DNA of 64,000 bases, taken from NCBI RefSeq assembly GCF_009914755.1, contig NC_060939.1. The stretch is one strand, 5' to 3'. The notes under the pieces were generated by a model. It was not told the origin of the DNA and did no database searches. It saw only the letters and a list, made by a program, of their open reading frames with translations. A program made the position numbers and the translations under genes. The stretch comes from the human T2T-CHM13v2.0 reference genome, Homo sapiens. This document shows, piece by piece, positions 27,863 to 43,002 of the stretch (positions within the stretch are counted from its first letter, which is position 1; every line of letters starts with the position of its first letter).

Positions 27863-30800
27863 TGTTAATGGCCAATGGGTTCATGTTGGCTGCTGCCCAG
27901 TTAGAGCCACTTTACCAAGATAGGGGAATTGCTGTAGAGAAAATTTTATACATGTAGAGCTGGCTAAAGGAGAGAGCAGAGTTTTCCTATTACTCAAAAC
28001 TGCTTCCCCAAATATTCAGAGGCTAGAGTTTTTATAGATAGTTTTGTGGGCAGGGGTTAGAGAAAGGGACATGCTGATTGGTTGGGTCAGGGATGAAATC
28101 TTAGGAAGTCAAAGCCATCTTCTTTACTGACTCAGCTCCTGGGTGTGGGCCACGTATCCAGATGAGCCAGTTTACTGGTTTGGGTGGCACCCGCTGATCT
28201 GTCAGGTTGCAAGTTATGAAAAATACCTCAAACACCAATCTTAGGTTTTACAATAGTAATGTTATTGATAGGAGCAATCAGGGAGGTTATTAATCTTGTG
28301 GCCTCTGATGGTATGACTTCTGAGCCATACTTTCTAATATTGTGGTTAATTTGTTAGTTTTACAAAGTTGATGTTGTCCCCAAACAATGAGGGGTTTTGT
28401 TTCAGGGAGGAGCTGTTATTATCTTTGTTTCAAAATTCAACTACAAAGTAAATTTCTCCCAAAGTTAGTTTTGTTTTTACCCAGGAATAAGCAAGGGCTG
28501 CTTGGAGGTTAAATGCAAGATGAAGTCTCTTAGGTCATATCTCTCTCCCTGTCATAATTTTCTCACTGTTACTGTCTTTGCAAATGTGATTTCAATTTCC
28601 CCTTCCAAGTTTCATTGCATCTTATTCTTAATGGGTGAGGTACAGAGTTGGGAAAAGGCCAAAGACCATTCTAACTTCTTCCTGCTGACAAGGGGTATAC
28701 TTGAGATAGGGTTTGGCCCCAGAGTAAATGGAATGAAACTGCTTTGCAGCTGCTTGAGTATATTCACAGGTGCCTGGTTGGGGTTCCTAGAATTGCATGA
28801 CCAAGATGTTAGTACTCTCATCCACAGTTTTAGTACAGCACTTAAGTGAACAGCTGACTATAGGATAATGAGTCCTAATGTAAGGAGTGGAAGTCCTAGC
28901 TTCAGAAGTACTTATATAATTCATCTAAATCCTTTAGGGATTCGGGTGAATGACCCCAAGAACCAGTCAGACATGGGGTCAATAGTCAAGAGAGATTTGG
29001 GTCAGAGGTTGTTAGAAAGACAAATTGGGATAAACAGGAAAGAGCAAATTTAAATATACCATGTCATATCTTTTTAGTTAGTTTCCTAGTCCTTGGAATA
29101 GATCCTAGCAGTGTTTCATTCCAGGAGGCGTCACTGCAAATGAACTAGGCCTCCTTATGTGATTAAGGCAAAAAATATTTTTAATAACAGGCATTGGTAT
29201 GGAAATAGAAAATAATAACAAAGATTGATATTGGGCACAATGCATCTGGATGTTAGATTCAAAGCATTTTTAAGTTGCAAAGGAGGATAGTGATGACAAT
29301 CTCACATATTTCACATCTGTATCTCAAGGGATAAACTTCAGCCTTTGGGGCCTCAGGAAGAAGGTCGTAGCCATTTCATTGAGTCCAGGTCAGAAAAGTG
29401 GAAGAAAAATGTGAATGTGTTAGTTTGAGGACTTTAGCTCTGAGAGATTTCAGGATTCAGTCCAAAATGCAGAAAACAATAAAAAGCTCTAAAACAATGG
29501 ACAAGACTAGAATCTAACAACAGGTGTGCTATAGTATTTTTCTGACATACAATGTTTTGCTCTCTAGTTCTCATTTTTATTTAAGACGTATCATAGTAGG
29601 TCATATTTATTTGCAAAATAAGTTTTGGTATTATTATACTTAGCCTGATTATTTGTGTAAACTTCAGCAAGAATAATTATTTGCCATATTAGCTCTTTCT
29701 AAATTGGGTTTGCTGGAACTTTGTTCCCTAAGGAATCTCGGATTGGACTTTTTTAAAGCCTTGAAGGGATCTATCTGTGCCTGCAAATACTTGTACAGAT
29801 TGCTTGAAATTCTCTCTTCTTCAGCTCCAAAGATAATTTGGGAATCATAGGCATGTCAGAATGTGACATTTTTTTACTAACCACAGGTCAGGAACCCTGT
29901 ACAAGGCCTGTGTAGGCAGTTATGAGGTCACTTTCTTAAGGGGATTTTATGATCTCTGTTAGTCAACTTTAATTCCTCAAGCCTGTCTGTTTGTATCTGA
30001 AAGTAGGCCATTCCACTGGTAAAATAACCATGTCTTTGATAAAATAATCAGTGTCTCCAATTGTGTTCTGTTACAAAAGAAATCAGATTCTTATTGTACT
30101 TAGTCAATAACTATATTTCCATAGTATAGAATACTCATAAATAGTTTTCAAATTCTGGAGAAATCAAGTAGAGAAAATGAAATATCCTTCATCTTTTGTT
30201 CACAGGAATACACTTTACTGAATCATGAAAAGCTGTAAATAGCTGAAAAGAAAAATGTGGTCTTGACTCTGAAAAACAACAAAAAAGATCAGCAACATTT
30301 CAAGCAACAAGTCATAAAACGATTATTGTGGTCTTGTATTAGTTCAGTCCATGCAGTGAACTTTGTCTGACATTGGGCCTGCAGTCCTCATAAACATACC
30401 AGCTATCTCTGAGAGTCCTGAAAGTTTGTTTGTTTTGTTTTGTTTTGTTTTCCTATTTCAATGCCACAATCTTTAGTTATCAGAAACCTGTATTCAAGAA
30501 AACATTTCAAAGAGCAAACACCTTTTGACTAGTTAAAGAAAAGACCACAATAATCTGTGGATGACAATAATCTCAGGACAGTCATTGTTTTAATAATTTT
30601 ACTTTGATTTTTTTGAGACAGGGTCTCAAGCCACCCAGGCTGGAGTGCAGTGGCACAATTATGGCTCACTGTAGCCTCACCTTCCTGGGATCAAGCAATC
30701 CTCTTTCTGCAGCCTCCAGAGGAGCTGGGACTGCATGCAAGTGCTACCACATCTAACTAATTTTTTGATTTTTTTTTGTAGAGATAAGATCTCACTATCT

Positions 30801-33800
30801 TGCTCAGGCTGATCTCAAACACCTGAGCTCAAACAGTCCTCCCAACTTAGCCTCCTAAAGTTCTAGGATTACAGGCATGAGCCACCGTGCCCAGTGAGGA
30901 CATTACAGGCATGAGTCACTGTGTCCAACGAGGCCATTGTTAAAGACACAGTCGACAAAGAAATCTGGTCATTTCTGTGGCACATAACAATTCAATGTAA
31001 TAATCATAATTATGACTGATAACATATACTGAGACATATTAGAATTATAGGAACCATATAATTTTGGAATACATACTAATAACATATTTATATAAGTATA
31101 ACCCAAAGAAAGTTAAACATGATTTTGTATTTGACAGTGTTTTCTGTAGGTTAATATACCAAATAAGCCAAATATATCTCTTTTGGATTTCAGGGGACCT
31201 AATGCTTAAAAGGCTAATGAGTTAAAATAAAAATTCTTAGTTTATAATTTTATTTTTCAAAGTGTGCAAATATTAAAGGTTTGAAACAGTTCAAATCACA
31301 AAATAGAATCCCAGATAACCACAAATCATTTGTTTAGCCAAAATGATAGCTCAAAAATTTAAAAAGGCAAATGCCTTTATTCATTGGTAGAGAGGAGACT
31401 CAGCTCCCAAACAACAGGACCAAGCAACGACCGCATGAGGCCATCTGAATCTGTGTCTTCTCTCTCCCCTACATTTTTCAGTTTATTTAAAAGACAAATA
31501 AAAATATTTTATTATCCCTCAGTATTATACAAAAATCTTGTTTAAAGAGAAACCAAATTTTACCTTTGCCTTAGTGTTTTATTAATGTCAAACCCAATTT
31601 TTACATAAAACCTTATAAACAGATCTGTCCAATCTAAATCAGTTTGAGCATACTGTTTACAATTTTCTACTAAACAACTGATTAATGCTCCATGAAAACT
31701 CTGTTGATCATACCTAAGGGGGCAGATTCTGGGCCTGTATCACTGTGATTTTTACATTAATGATCATTCTGTAGAAAAACTAAGTAACCTGCTTCAAGTT
31801 TTGGCAAGTTGCTCACACTCACACACAGAACTTTCTTTACTAGACCAATCTTTTACAAACCTTTTATAACCTGCTTAAACCTTCTGTTTTCTCCTATTAT
31901 TTTTTAACTTAAGACAATTTTTAAAACCTCTAATTTAGACGAGATTACTTTTCTAAACAAAGACAATATCTTAGGTCTTTTTTATAACTTTTTACAAAAG
32001 CACATTTTATAATTTTTATATACCTTGAATGTCAGTCTTTTCTCAGCACTGTCAATCACATGTGTTACAATGTTAAATCTTCACAACTTTTATTTTTAGT
32101 GAAAGCAATTTTAATTTCGTATCAAGTGCAGAGCCTAGGACATGGGACAAAAATGAAGATAATGTATGATTCTTTCCAACATAGCTCAGGGGCGTGGCTA
32201 ACTCAACATGTCCCCAGGCTTTACCTAGAAGCTGCTGGCTCTTATGCAGGCAGGTTGGACACTTACAAAAAGTCATAGATATTTATAACCTTAAAACAGC
32301 AAAGAGAATATCTGACCTGCCTAATTTAGACCAAATGTCTAAATGTTGAAGAAATAATTTTATTGTACCAATAATCTTTAAAGCTATCTTTATTATTCAA
32401 AGATTATTAGAGTAGTGTGAACAAAAAGCATTTTAGTTAAATTTTTTCTGGTAAAATATTTTATTTAAGTGCATATATATATATGCCAATTAATTAGAGC
32501 TCTTTTATATAGTTTGTTAGCAAAATATTACATATATGAAGTATATAAATACACAGACATAGAGAAGCAGATCTGGTAGAGTTATATGGATTCTTCATTT
32601 GTCAGTTTTTTAAGTTTTTCTTTTTCATTTTAGATCATCAGTCTCTTGATTACCTGTTCCCTGCCCTAAAAAGTTTTTAACCAGGCAGTTCCAAACTTTT
32701 ATTTTAAAGGGATAATTCTTAGGTGAAATAATTATAGAGAATTTATATTTTATCTAAAGCAAGGAAAAATGTGGGGGTAAAAGTTCAGTCAGGATGGCCA
32801 GGAAAAGCAGACACTCTTACATGTGGAGATTTTCTTAAAGTTGTTAAGTTTTTAAATGGGATTATTGCCTTTGGGGTGGAACCTTTTAAGGAACAGAACC
32901 AGGAAAGCATGCAGTTTCTAGGTCCTAGTAATCAGGCAGAGGTGGAAGTCAAAACAGATTCCCCTAAATGATGAATCTTATTTTTATACCAAATCCTGGG
33001 TCCCCTAAAGAGGCAAACAATATGGCATGACACAGTGCAATGCTTCCACAGTGTGTTTCATTGTAAGGACATTTCCTCAAGGCTGCTGGAAAACCCAGCG
33101 CCCATCAGCCCACTCTGTAATCGGCCCATAAGAGCACATCCTTCTTATTTAAATGTACAAATAAAAGAGTATCACCCTGTAGTAATAATCACTTACTATA
33201 AGTGACTACCATTAGTCATTTTAAAAAGTATATTTTTTATCTAGCAATTACACATCAAGGTTAATTTTTTTTCATAATGCAAAGTAATTTCAGGTCCCTG
33301 CAAGTCAAAAAGGTTAGATACAAGAGGAAGGAGGAACAGACAGGAGTAAATGGAGGATCAGAAAGAATTCCACTGAATGAGAAACTTTTACAGAGGGAGA
33401 GCAAAGGCTTTAAAATAGTATCTGTACACATGTAGCTCAATATCAGCCTTAATCAAGTTGATTTTTGATTACAGAGTTCTCAAAAGAAAATCTGCTGAAA
33501 TCTTTTATTAATAGATTTTAGCCAAGACAAATAGGTAGTATTTTTGGCTTTAAACTTTTCCAAAGGTAACTGCCCATGGGAAACTTATAAGTCTAACTAA
33601 GGTTATGACTTAACCATGGATGCATGAGGTGTCTCACAGAGATGGCAAGCAGTTTTTGCAAGATTGAGAATTTCCCCAAAGATAGCTTAGAAAGGAAAAT
33701 TTAAGACAGAAAGTGAGAAGATGTCCATGGAGAAGAAAATCATCGAATGAATGGCAAACAGTCTCCAAATATCACACTAGAAAGGGCTTACTGTTTGAGG

Positions 33801-34531
33801 TGAGAATCAAACCCAGGCTGCTGCAGTAAAAGGGAAAAACCTTAGTTACTGAGCTACAGCATGGGGCAGTTGCTGTTGGTCAGAAATAATGTAGGTCAGT
33901 CAGCTCCAAGCTTCAAGGATTGTAACTGCTCAAGAGAATCCTTAAAGCTAGCTGTGACATTATCATGTATCCTTTCAGACTGGCTGCCTGACCTGAATCC
34001 AGAAATTCCAACCCTCTGTATGTGGGAGAACAAGGGACAGCACCCTCACATGGTTACGAAGTCAAGTTTTCAAGGACATAAAACAAGATAAGAGGGAAAC
34101 TTCAACTTTTTTGTTTCAGGGAGGTGTAGCAAATTTTGTTAACTGACAAGTCTGCAGGGCCAGCCCAAACAGTGGGCTTATAGGGATCCTAGGCCCCTTA
34201 GGTTCACAGTATGAATGCTGTCTCTAGGAGCAATTGAGGATGTTAGTAATGTTATGGCCTCTGGCTGTATGGCTCTTGAACCATATTTTCTAATCTTGTG
34301 GTTAATTTGTTGGTTTTACAAAGGTGGTCTGGTCTCCAAGCAATTAAGGGATTTGTTTCAAGGAAGGGCTGTCATCTTTGTTTGAAAGATAGGCTATAAT
34401 ATTAATGTTCCCTTTGTCCAGGAACAAACAAGGGAAGCTTGGAGATTAAAGGCAAGATGGATTCAGTCAGGTCATCTCTCTTTTACAGTCATAATTTTCT
34501 CACTGTTAGAATTTTTTCAAAGGTGATTTCA
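27863..34531 (-). mobile_element. LTR8-flanked ERV1 non-autonomous provirus (LTR 27863-28594, partial LTR about 34200-34531)
   Basis: Both LTR pieces end tctcactgtt..caaa.gtgatttca, the reverse of the LTR8 start; flanks gggt/ggat; MER4-group-like internal sequence. Confidence 0.85.
30600..30895 (-). mobile_element. AluJ inside the LTR8 provirus
   Basis: Antisense dimer. Confidence 0.94.
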
Positions 34532-35355
34532 GGATAAACATAATGTACACATTCCCATTCTATAAGAGAGAAATAGACACAAAGAAAACAGTAACAGCCC
34601 CTAAGTAAATTTGAAGTCCAGGAGGGCAAACATTACGTCTTAATGCTGGAAAGCCTTTTTAGTTTTACCCCTTAACACACTGAGATAAGGGTTGGAGTGG
34701 CAAGCCCTAGTCAGTGTCACCCCTAAGGTTTTACTTGGTGAATCACCCGTGGGTGCTTGTACTGGTTGAAATTTTCCCAGGCAGGCTTTGAATGCCACAG
34801 GGGACTTCACAATCCTGGGATCCTGGTATTGGCACCACTAGGCATTACCCATGTGGAGCTCTCTGTAGTGACTTCACTGCTGTGGCTTCACTTGGCATTG
34901 CCCTGGTGGGGACTCTTTGCAGCAGCTCCAACCCCACATTTGTGTTTGGCATCCTTCTACTGGGGGCTCTCTGCAGTGGATCTGGCCCTGTGACAACTCT
35001 CTCTCTGGGCTCCCAGGCTGTCAAAAAAAAATACTTCAAAATTTGTGGAGGCTGCCAAGCCATCATTTATGCCTTAAGTGTAAGAAATACATTTATTTTC
35101 CTTATAAATTACCCAATAATTTGTATTCTGTTTTAAGCAACAAAGAAGGGACTAATACAGAAAACTGGTAATGACAAGTAGGTTGTTGCTGAAAATGAAT
35201 ACCTGAAAATATGAAAGTGTCTTTCAAATTGGGTGATGGGCAGAGGCTAAAAGAATCTTGGAGAGGGAGACTAGTAAAAGCCTATATTCTTGTGAGGGTT
35301 TAGAAGACAGGAAATATTTGGGAGTCCTTGGAGATTGATGAAGTGTTTGTGACCA

Positions 35356-36112
35356 CACTGCTTCGGGGGAAATGGCGCCATATAATGCATGCTGGTTCAG
35401 AGCATATACAGCCTTCTAGAGAACCTTGCCCCACAGTTACACAGTATTGTCATCTAGCAGGTGCTGGAACTGTGACTCCCAAAGGTCATTCCACCATTGT
35501 TTCAAGTGAGTTGCTTCAGGATTATAGGGAACATGGTGAATTCACTGAAGTTTCTGAGCATGAACTCGTTTCTGCCCTTCTTTGTCTGTGAAGTGAGTTC
35601 CTTGTTCAGAAGCAATGCTGTGTGGAATACCATGATGGTAGATAGGCATTAAGTCCATGGATGGTAGTTTCCACAGAATACTTGCATGCAAGGAAGTAAA
35701 ATTTATAGATGGAGTAACTCTCTTACTGTTCCAGGAAGAACAAAATGCTGCCCCTTCCCTGATGAAAGCTGCCCAGTTAATCAACCTACCACAAGGAAAT
35801 TGGCAGATCTTCCTGGGGAATGGTGCCATATAGGGGCTCAGTGTTAGTTTCTGCTGCTGACAGTTGGAACACTCAGAGGGGTCTGTAACCTGGTTGGCCA
35901 TGGTGAAAGGAATTCCAGATTGCTGTGTGTATGCAAAACCTCAGTCCCTAACACTGTGGCCACTTTATTCATAAGCCCGGTGATTGATGACATAGGTGCC
36001 TGGGAAAAGAGGCTGACTACTGTCAGAGAATGCATGATCACATCCACCGGATGATTACAGTCCAGAAGAGCTATGGTAAGAGAGTGAGTCAGTTTTCCTC
36101 TGTTTCCCAGCA
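35356..36112 (-). pseudogene. HERV-L integrase remnant
   Basis: ORF 35542-35901 ends HHGIPHSIASEQGTHFT; frameshifted. Confidence 0.85.
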
Positions 36113-37368
<1,256 letters not shown>

Positions 37369-40050
37369 ATACCTTATAAGTGTCCAGAGTACTTGTTACT
37401 GCACATCCACTAATTTAAATCTGCATAATGTTATCAATGCCATGGACCAGTGTAGTATCTTGTGGAAGGAGAAGGTGATCAACTTCCTGCAAACTGTGAC
37501 TTAGTTATGGAGAGTTGATATTATGTTGAGGTAGGACAGAGAAGTTATTGACACTGAAATTAAATGACTTCTGGTGGGCCTTATGAAGAGAAATAGAGAA
37601 AAAGCTTCATTAGATCAATAGGTGCATACCAGGTATCAGGGAATGTGTTAATTTGCTCAAGCAATAAAACCACATCTGATACAGCAGTTGCAATTACAAG
37701 GAACACTTGGTTTAGCTTGTGGGAATCCACTGTCACTCTCCAGGATCCATCTGTCTTTTGCACAGGCCAAATTAGACAGGGATGTGTTGGAATCTCCACC
37801 CCTGCATCCTTCCAGTCCTTGATGGTGGTGGTAATCTCTACAGTCACTCCAGAGGTGTGGTTATGAATTTGATTTTCTATTTTCCTAGGTAGAGGCAGCT
37901 CTAGTGCCTTCCATTTAGATATTCCCACCATACTAGCGCCCACTCCACAGGTCAGGGAACCAATGTGGGAAATGTGCCAGGTGCTAACTAGGTCTATTAA
38001 AGCTTTGCATCTACAACTAGAGAAATGACCAGAGTATGTGTTTGGGGCCACTGGACCCATGGTGATTTCATGTGACTAAAATTTAATCACCTGACCTCCA
38101 TAAATCCCCACTCTGACTGGCATTCTATAGTGATGTTTTGAGTTGGGTTGAGTCTTCTGGAATCAATGTAAGGTCAGAGCCAGTGTCTACTAGTCCTGAA
38201 AAGTTCTTACTATATTCCTTTCCCCAAAACACAGCTGTTAAAAGGTTATAGGTTCCCTTTTGGGAAGGACAGGAGAAAGATGAACAGTATAAAGTTTTTG
38301 TGGTATACCTGGGTCCTTCATCAAGGGGACCTGGCTGCTCCTTTTTTCAAGGATTTCTTGACTATAAACTGGCTCTAGTCTTGGATTTTAGTAGGAGCTG
38401 TGATTCTCTAGTATTTTGATTTGAGTTAGACTTTGGTAAACATAAATGTTTTCAGTATTTTCAGATCAATTAAGGGTTTATTAGGCTTCTTTTCTATTTT
38501 ACTTCTGAGAACACCACAGTCAAACTAGCCAACACCATAGATCTACTTGAGTCAGATGCATCTGAATGTTGCTGTACCTTTGCTGCCCATTTTGGTAACT
38601 ATGTCCATCTTGACTCTGAAGGTTGACAGCTGCCACATGGCTCTGGGACCTGTGAGATCCAGTTATTCCCAATGCATTTAAATTTTCTATTGAGTGACTG
38701 TGGTTCTCAGTATAAGCTTCCAGCTACAGAGAAAGTTATTCAAGGATGCTGGTCTCCCCTTAGAAATCAGTTTCTTAAAGTATTGCTGAAAGGTTGGTCT
38801 TCTGGAGCCTCCCAGTGTGGGTGAGTAGATTTCAAATGACAAATGCACTCTGGAGTTCCATTCGTTCTAAGCCTTTGAATCTCTTCCTCTACATGAGGCC
38901 AAGGGAGATCAGGCATATCCAACTGGCTAAATAAGGGCCATCTTTTGATTCATGGTTCAGCCAACCAACCAAACTGTTAGGGCCCTTTCTAATTTCCCAT
39001 GCTGCAAAACTAAAACCAGTATCTTTTTTAATGAGTCCATATCAATAAATCTGGGTGATCCAACTTTGTTTCCTCCACTATTATCCTAACTCTTAATACC
39101 CTTTTCCACACATGTTCTCCAGATTTCTCCTTGTATAAATTATAAACTCAAATAGTTTTCTTGAACTGTCATGAACCTCCCATGGGCCAAACTTTGTATA
39201 TCATTTTTAAGGGCATTTTGAGATTTGAGTCTACTTATAGGCCTAGAAGCAAAAAGGAGTGGTGGGTGTGGGGCCTTAGGAGAATCTGCATTGCATTCCT
39301 CGGCAACTGCCTCAGGGGAGTCCATTACCTTTCCCTCAGGCAATGCTGGCGTAATCCCCTCAGAGGAGGTGGAACCACCTATACCAGTGTGGGTGAAGAG
39401 GCTACTGCCAAGAGGGTGTCAGTAGGGGGTCAGGTCTACTGGCAAAGAAGACATCGGAATTTCAGAGCTCAATGTCTCCAGCCTCAACATGGTCTCCCCA
39501 AATGTTCCCAACCCACTCTACAGAGTTCCATTCTTCTCTGTACAGTGCTGTAAATTTACAGTAGGTACCTTGCTAGGCTGAAAGTTCAACTTTCATAGTA
39601 ACTCAGCCAACTGCACGGTGAAGGTTTGTGTTTGACTTTTAGCATTTTCAGCCCTGTGACTATAGGAGATATAATTCTCACTCAGAGCACTGTAAGAAGC
39701 TCTAAGGCTTTTTATGTGAAGCCGAATTCTGAAATTTGAATCTCTCTTATCTTTTTTATTGATCACTTTACTCATCAACGCTAGAAGCAGAGGCCTTGAT
39801 TTTCCACAGATATTTAAAGATGTGCTGTCAGAGTCACCAAGTTCCTTGTCTTTTATCAGTGTTGATTAGGAGTGTCAGAGGTAGATGTTTGCATATCCCT
39901 TAAGCAGTTTATGACATGGACTAGCAATGTTTTCTGGACTATTAGAAATGGAGTCTTTAGCATTTTTAGGTATCATCAGTTTAGAGATCTAAGTTTAGAA
40001 ACCCCAAAACCAATGAAAGAAACTCATTCCTAAAATTCTGGTTCTCTACA
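37369..40050 (-). pseudogene. HERV-L gag-pro-RT remnant
   Basis: ORF 37581-38060 reads KWKALELPLP..WPVQKTDGSWRVTVD..LLEQINT..WYAPIDL; reverse-strand gacactggctctg (DTGS protease motif) at about 38175-38187; multiple stops. Confidence 0.88.
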
Positions 40051-40077
40051 ATCATTCATGGTTTAAAAAATAAAACC

Positions 40078-41397
40078 TGTTTTAGCATTCTTCAGAGATA
40101 CAGGACCAATAGGATACATATATAGATAGATGGGGGGGCATTAATTAGATAAATTGGGTCACATGATTATGGAAGCCAAGACAGGTCTTCTGTAAGCTAT
40201 AAACCATGGAGTACCAGTAGCATGGCTCATTCCAAGGCTGAAAGTATGAGAATGAGGAAAGCTGACAGTGTAATTCTCAGTCTGAGGCCAAAGGCCTGAG
40301 AATGTGGAGGGATGCAGAAGTAAGTTCTGGAGTCCCAAGGAAGAGAGTCTGTAGTTAAGATGTCCAAGGGCAGGAGGCAGAGAGTGTACCAGCTCCAGGA
40401 GAGAGGGAGAGCAAAATCATTCTCATTACTTTTTCATTCTATCAGGACCCCTAGCCCACTGGGTGGTGCCTACCCACATAGAGGGTGGATTGTTAAAGAA
40501 TTCAACTCAGGTCTGCTCACCCAGTGCAGTAAGACTAGACATCTACACTGACATTTGCAGTGGGAGAAAAGGAGGTGTTTATCTGGACATTGTGAAGCAA
40601 GGCGGATGAGTCAGCTAATGCTTAAGTTCCGCCTTCCCCAGTGGCTTGCAGGTAAGGGTTTTTTTAAAGCAGGGGTAAATTTCAGGAAAGCAGAAGTTAC
40701 TGGCAAAATTATAAATCAGTAGTGGAGGTTACACATTGGTTTTGTCCTGAAAAGTCGTGATATTTTGAAGCAGGGGCTTACAGCCCATACATAGATTCAA
40801 GGGTTTTCTGATTTGTAATTGGTTAAAGAAAAGAAGAGTTGTTTTAAAATTTGGGGGTTGGCAGAAAAAAATGTTAGCTCTTTGGCTAATGGATTTGCCT
40901 CCCTCTAGCCCCTCAGGAAGAAATTTAGCACAAAGAATGGCAGTCAGAATTCAGTTTTCAGGCCCCCCTTATCTGAGGTGTACTTGTCAGCAGATGCCTT
41001 TGGTGGGGGTCTAGGTTTATGAAAAATGACTCAGGAATGTATGTTAAGATGCGATCTTTAGAACAAAGCAAACATCTTCTGACTGTAACTACCTTGGCTG
41101 TTGTTTAGGCTACTATTACCTTCTTGCTTATCAAGTTCCTCATTTCTTTCTCAGTGCTAGCTAGGTACCAGGGATTTCCCTTGAAGGGACTCACGATTTT
41201 CCTTTATTTCCCTGTTTGGGGAAGCTACAGGCCCCTAACAAAGGGTCCCTGCTCCATCACAGGATCTTACCCACTCTGTCTACCGACTCACATTTCAGAC
41301 CTTTCTGGTGAAACCTCACAGACCCAGAAGTAAAGCTTTGCCAGTGTTCTAGGTGTTCCTTAATACAGTTAGTTGACTCCTAAAAGTAAACATCACA
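40078..41397 (-). mobile_element. MLT2 LTR (5' LTR of the HERV-L), split by an ERV1 LTR
   Basis: cagagatacaggaccaataggata..; resumes at 41262 and ends aaacatcaca. Confidence 0.85.
40491..41261 (-). mobile_element. ERV1 solo LTR (MER39-like)
   Basis: tg...ca termini with a perfect 4-bp TSD ggat; reverse strand starts tgtgatggagcagggaccc. Confidence 0.75.
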
Positions 41398-42411
41398 TTG
41401 GGTTTTGGAGTGTTACCCAAGCAGGTTTCTCATGAGGAGTTCAAATTGCTGGGTTAAGGTGAAGCAACCATGATTTCCCAGAGTCAGAGTTTGACTGAGA
41501 GGTGGTTACTGCCGAATATCTGTGCAGTTCCCACAGGGGACAGTGAGGGGAGATAAAGGTGGTATTCATCTGTCTTATATGGAGTAGTCACCTTGAGCAG
41601 GTTTTATAAGGGTCTATGTTCAATGACCACCTTGAGGAATGTGGAGGAGGCCACAAACTGGAAACTGTCACGGATTTCTAAACCCTATTTCTGGTATGAG
41701 AATGTCAAAACTATGTACAAAATGAATACCCAGGTTATATAAAATTAAAACAATTCATAGCAACATTTAAAATAGGAATTCTAGTAGCCCAATAATAACT
41801 CTCTCTCTAATCCTGAGGTAGCAGGTAAATAAGTTGTTCAACTAATTTGAAACTATAGATAAGCATGTTTTCGCAATAATAGACCAGAATACATATGATG
41901 AGCCGACAAAATTTTATACTGAGAGGGGGCAGTCACAGAGAAAAAATAGTGTGTTCCATTTATTTTAAAAGGCATATTTTTTACATCTTTCAAATAGAGA
42001 TCAATCATAATATTGTTAAAAGGCTATTGGTTAGAAGACAGTCATAATGTGATGGACTTTGTGTGCACACAAGTGAACTTGATGTAAAAAACTTCCATTT
42101 TCACATTCTGGTGGTATCTTTAATATCATGACTTGGAGAGGGACGTTAGTAGATGAGAAACATAATCTATCAGAAACTCTTATAGTTCTCTCACTACAAA
42201 TATGGCATCAGCAAAACTCCTAATTACCAGAGATGATGCTAGTGTAGAAAAAATCCATGGACAAGGTGAGTTGCACAGTGATTTAGAAGAGTTTTATCCA
42301 AATATGAGGAATTTTAGAAAACCTTGATTACCTATTTTGCTTTCACTTTCTGTCTCATGTGATCATAGGAGTGATATGACATCAATACACACATTTATAT
42401 AAGTTCAAAAG

Positions 42412-43002
42412 TGTAAAAAGTAAAATAGAGGTTCCTCTTCAAAGACTTTCCTCCCAATCTCATTAGGAATAAATAGTAACCTCTCTTAGAAGCAAAATTT
42501 TTTCAAAGACCTGTGTTAACATTCTTAAATATCTGCTAGCCGTAATAAAGAAATGAATGTACTTTATGTCCTTAGCTCCCACAATTTAACCTAAATATTT
42601 GCCCTGGCATGCTTATACTGGTCCAAGCAAGCATTAGGTCATAGCCTGTTCCTCTTCCTTATTTCAAGGTGTTTTTACCTTTCTCCAGATTCCAAAAGTT
42701 ACTTCCTCCTTCCTTTGTTCTCCTCTGCCTTTGCCTCTTTTAAAAAGTTCTAAGTTGCTAGCCAGTCGGGACAAATACAGAATGTGAGGTCCTGTTCCAG
42801 CCAGTGGAAACCGGACACAGCAGTAGGGTGGAAGCATCAGGTTATAAATGACCCTGTCTCCTTTGTTTAGTGTACTCTCATGGCAAAAATGCTGGCGAGT
42901 GTACCTTTTCTGAAGAAAATATCAAAATGGCATTGCTGAGGAAATTAAATTTATATTCAACTGCTATTTCTTTATGGCACCAGGGAGCAGGCATTTCAAA
43001 CA
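42412..43002 (+). mobile_element. LTR10C solo LTR (HERV-I group)
   Basis: tgtaaaaagtaaaatagaggttcctcttcaaagac...gcatttcaaaca; perfect TSD aaaag. Confidence 0.92.

Larger units (their letters stand above)
27259..35355 (-). mobile_element. MST-type MaLR (LTR at about 27259-27683 plus internal sequence), split by an LTR8 provirus and rearranged at the right end
   Basis: MST LTR motifs; MST-int continues across the insertion (aaatcaaaacaagttat | cattcccattc..agagagaaatag). Confidence 0.75.

Noticed and set aside
37581-38060. Longest ORF (159 aa) as a possible domesticated gene
   Set aside because: HERV-L RT fragment with degenerate motifs; flanked by stops and frameshifts.
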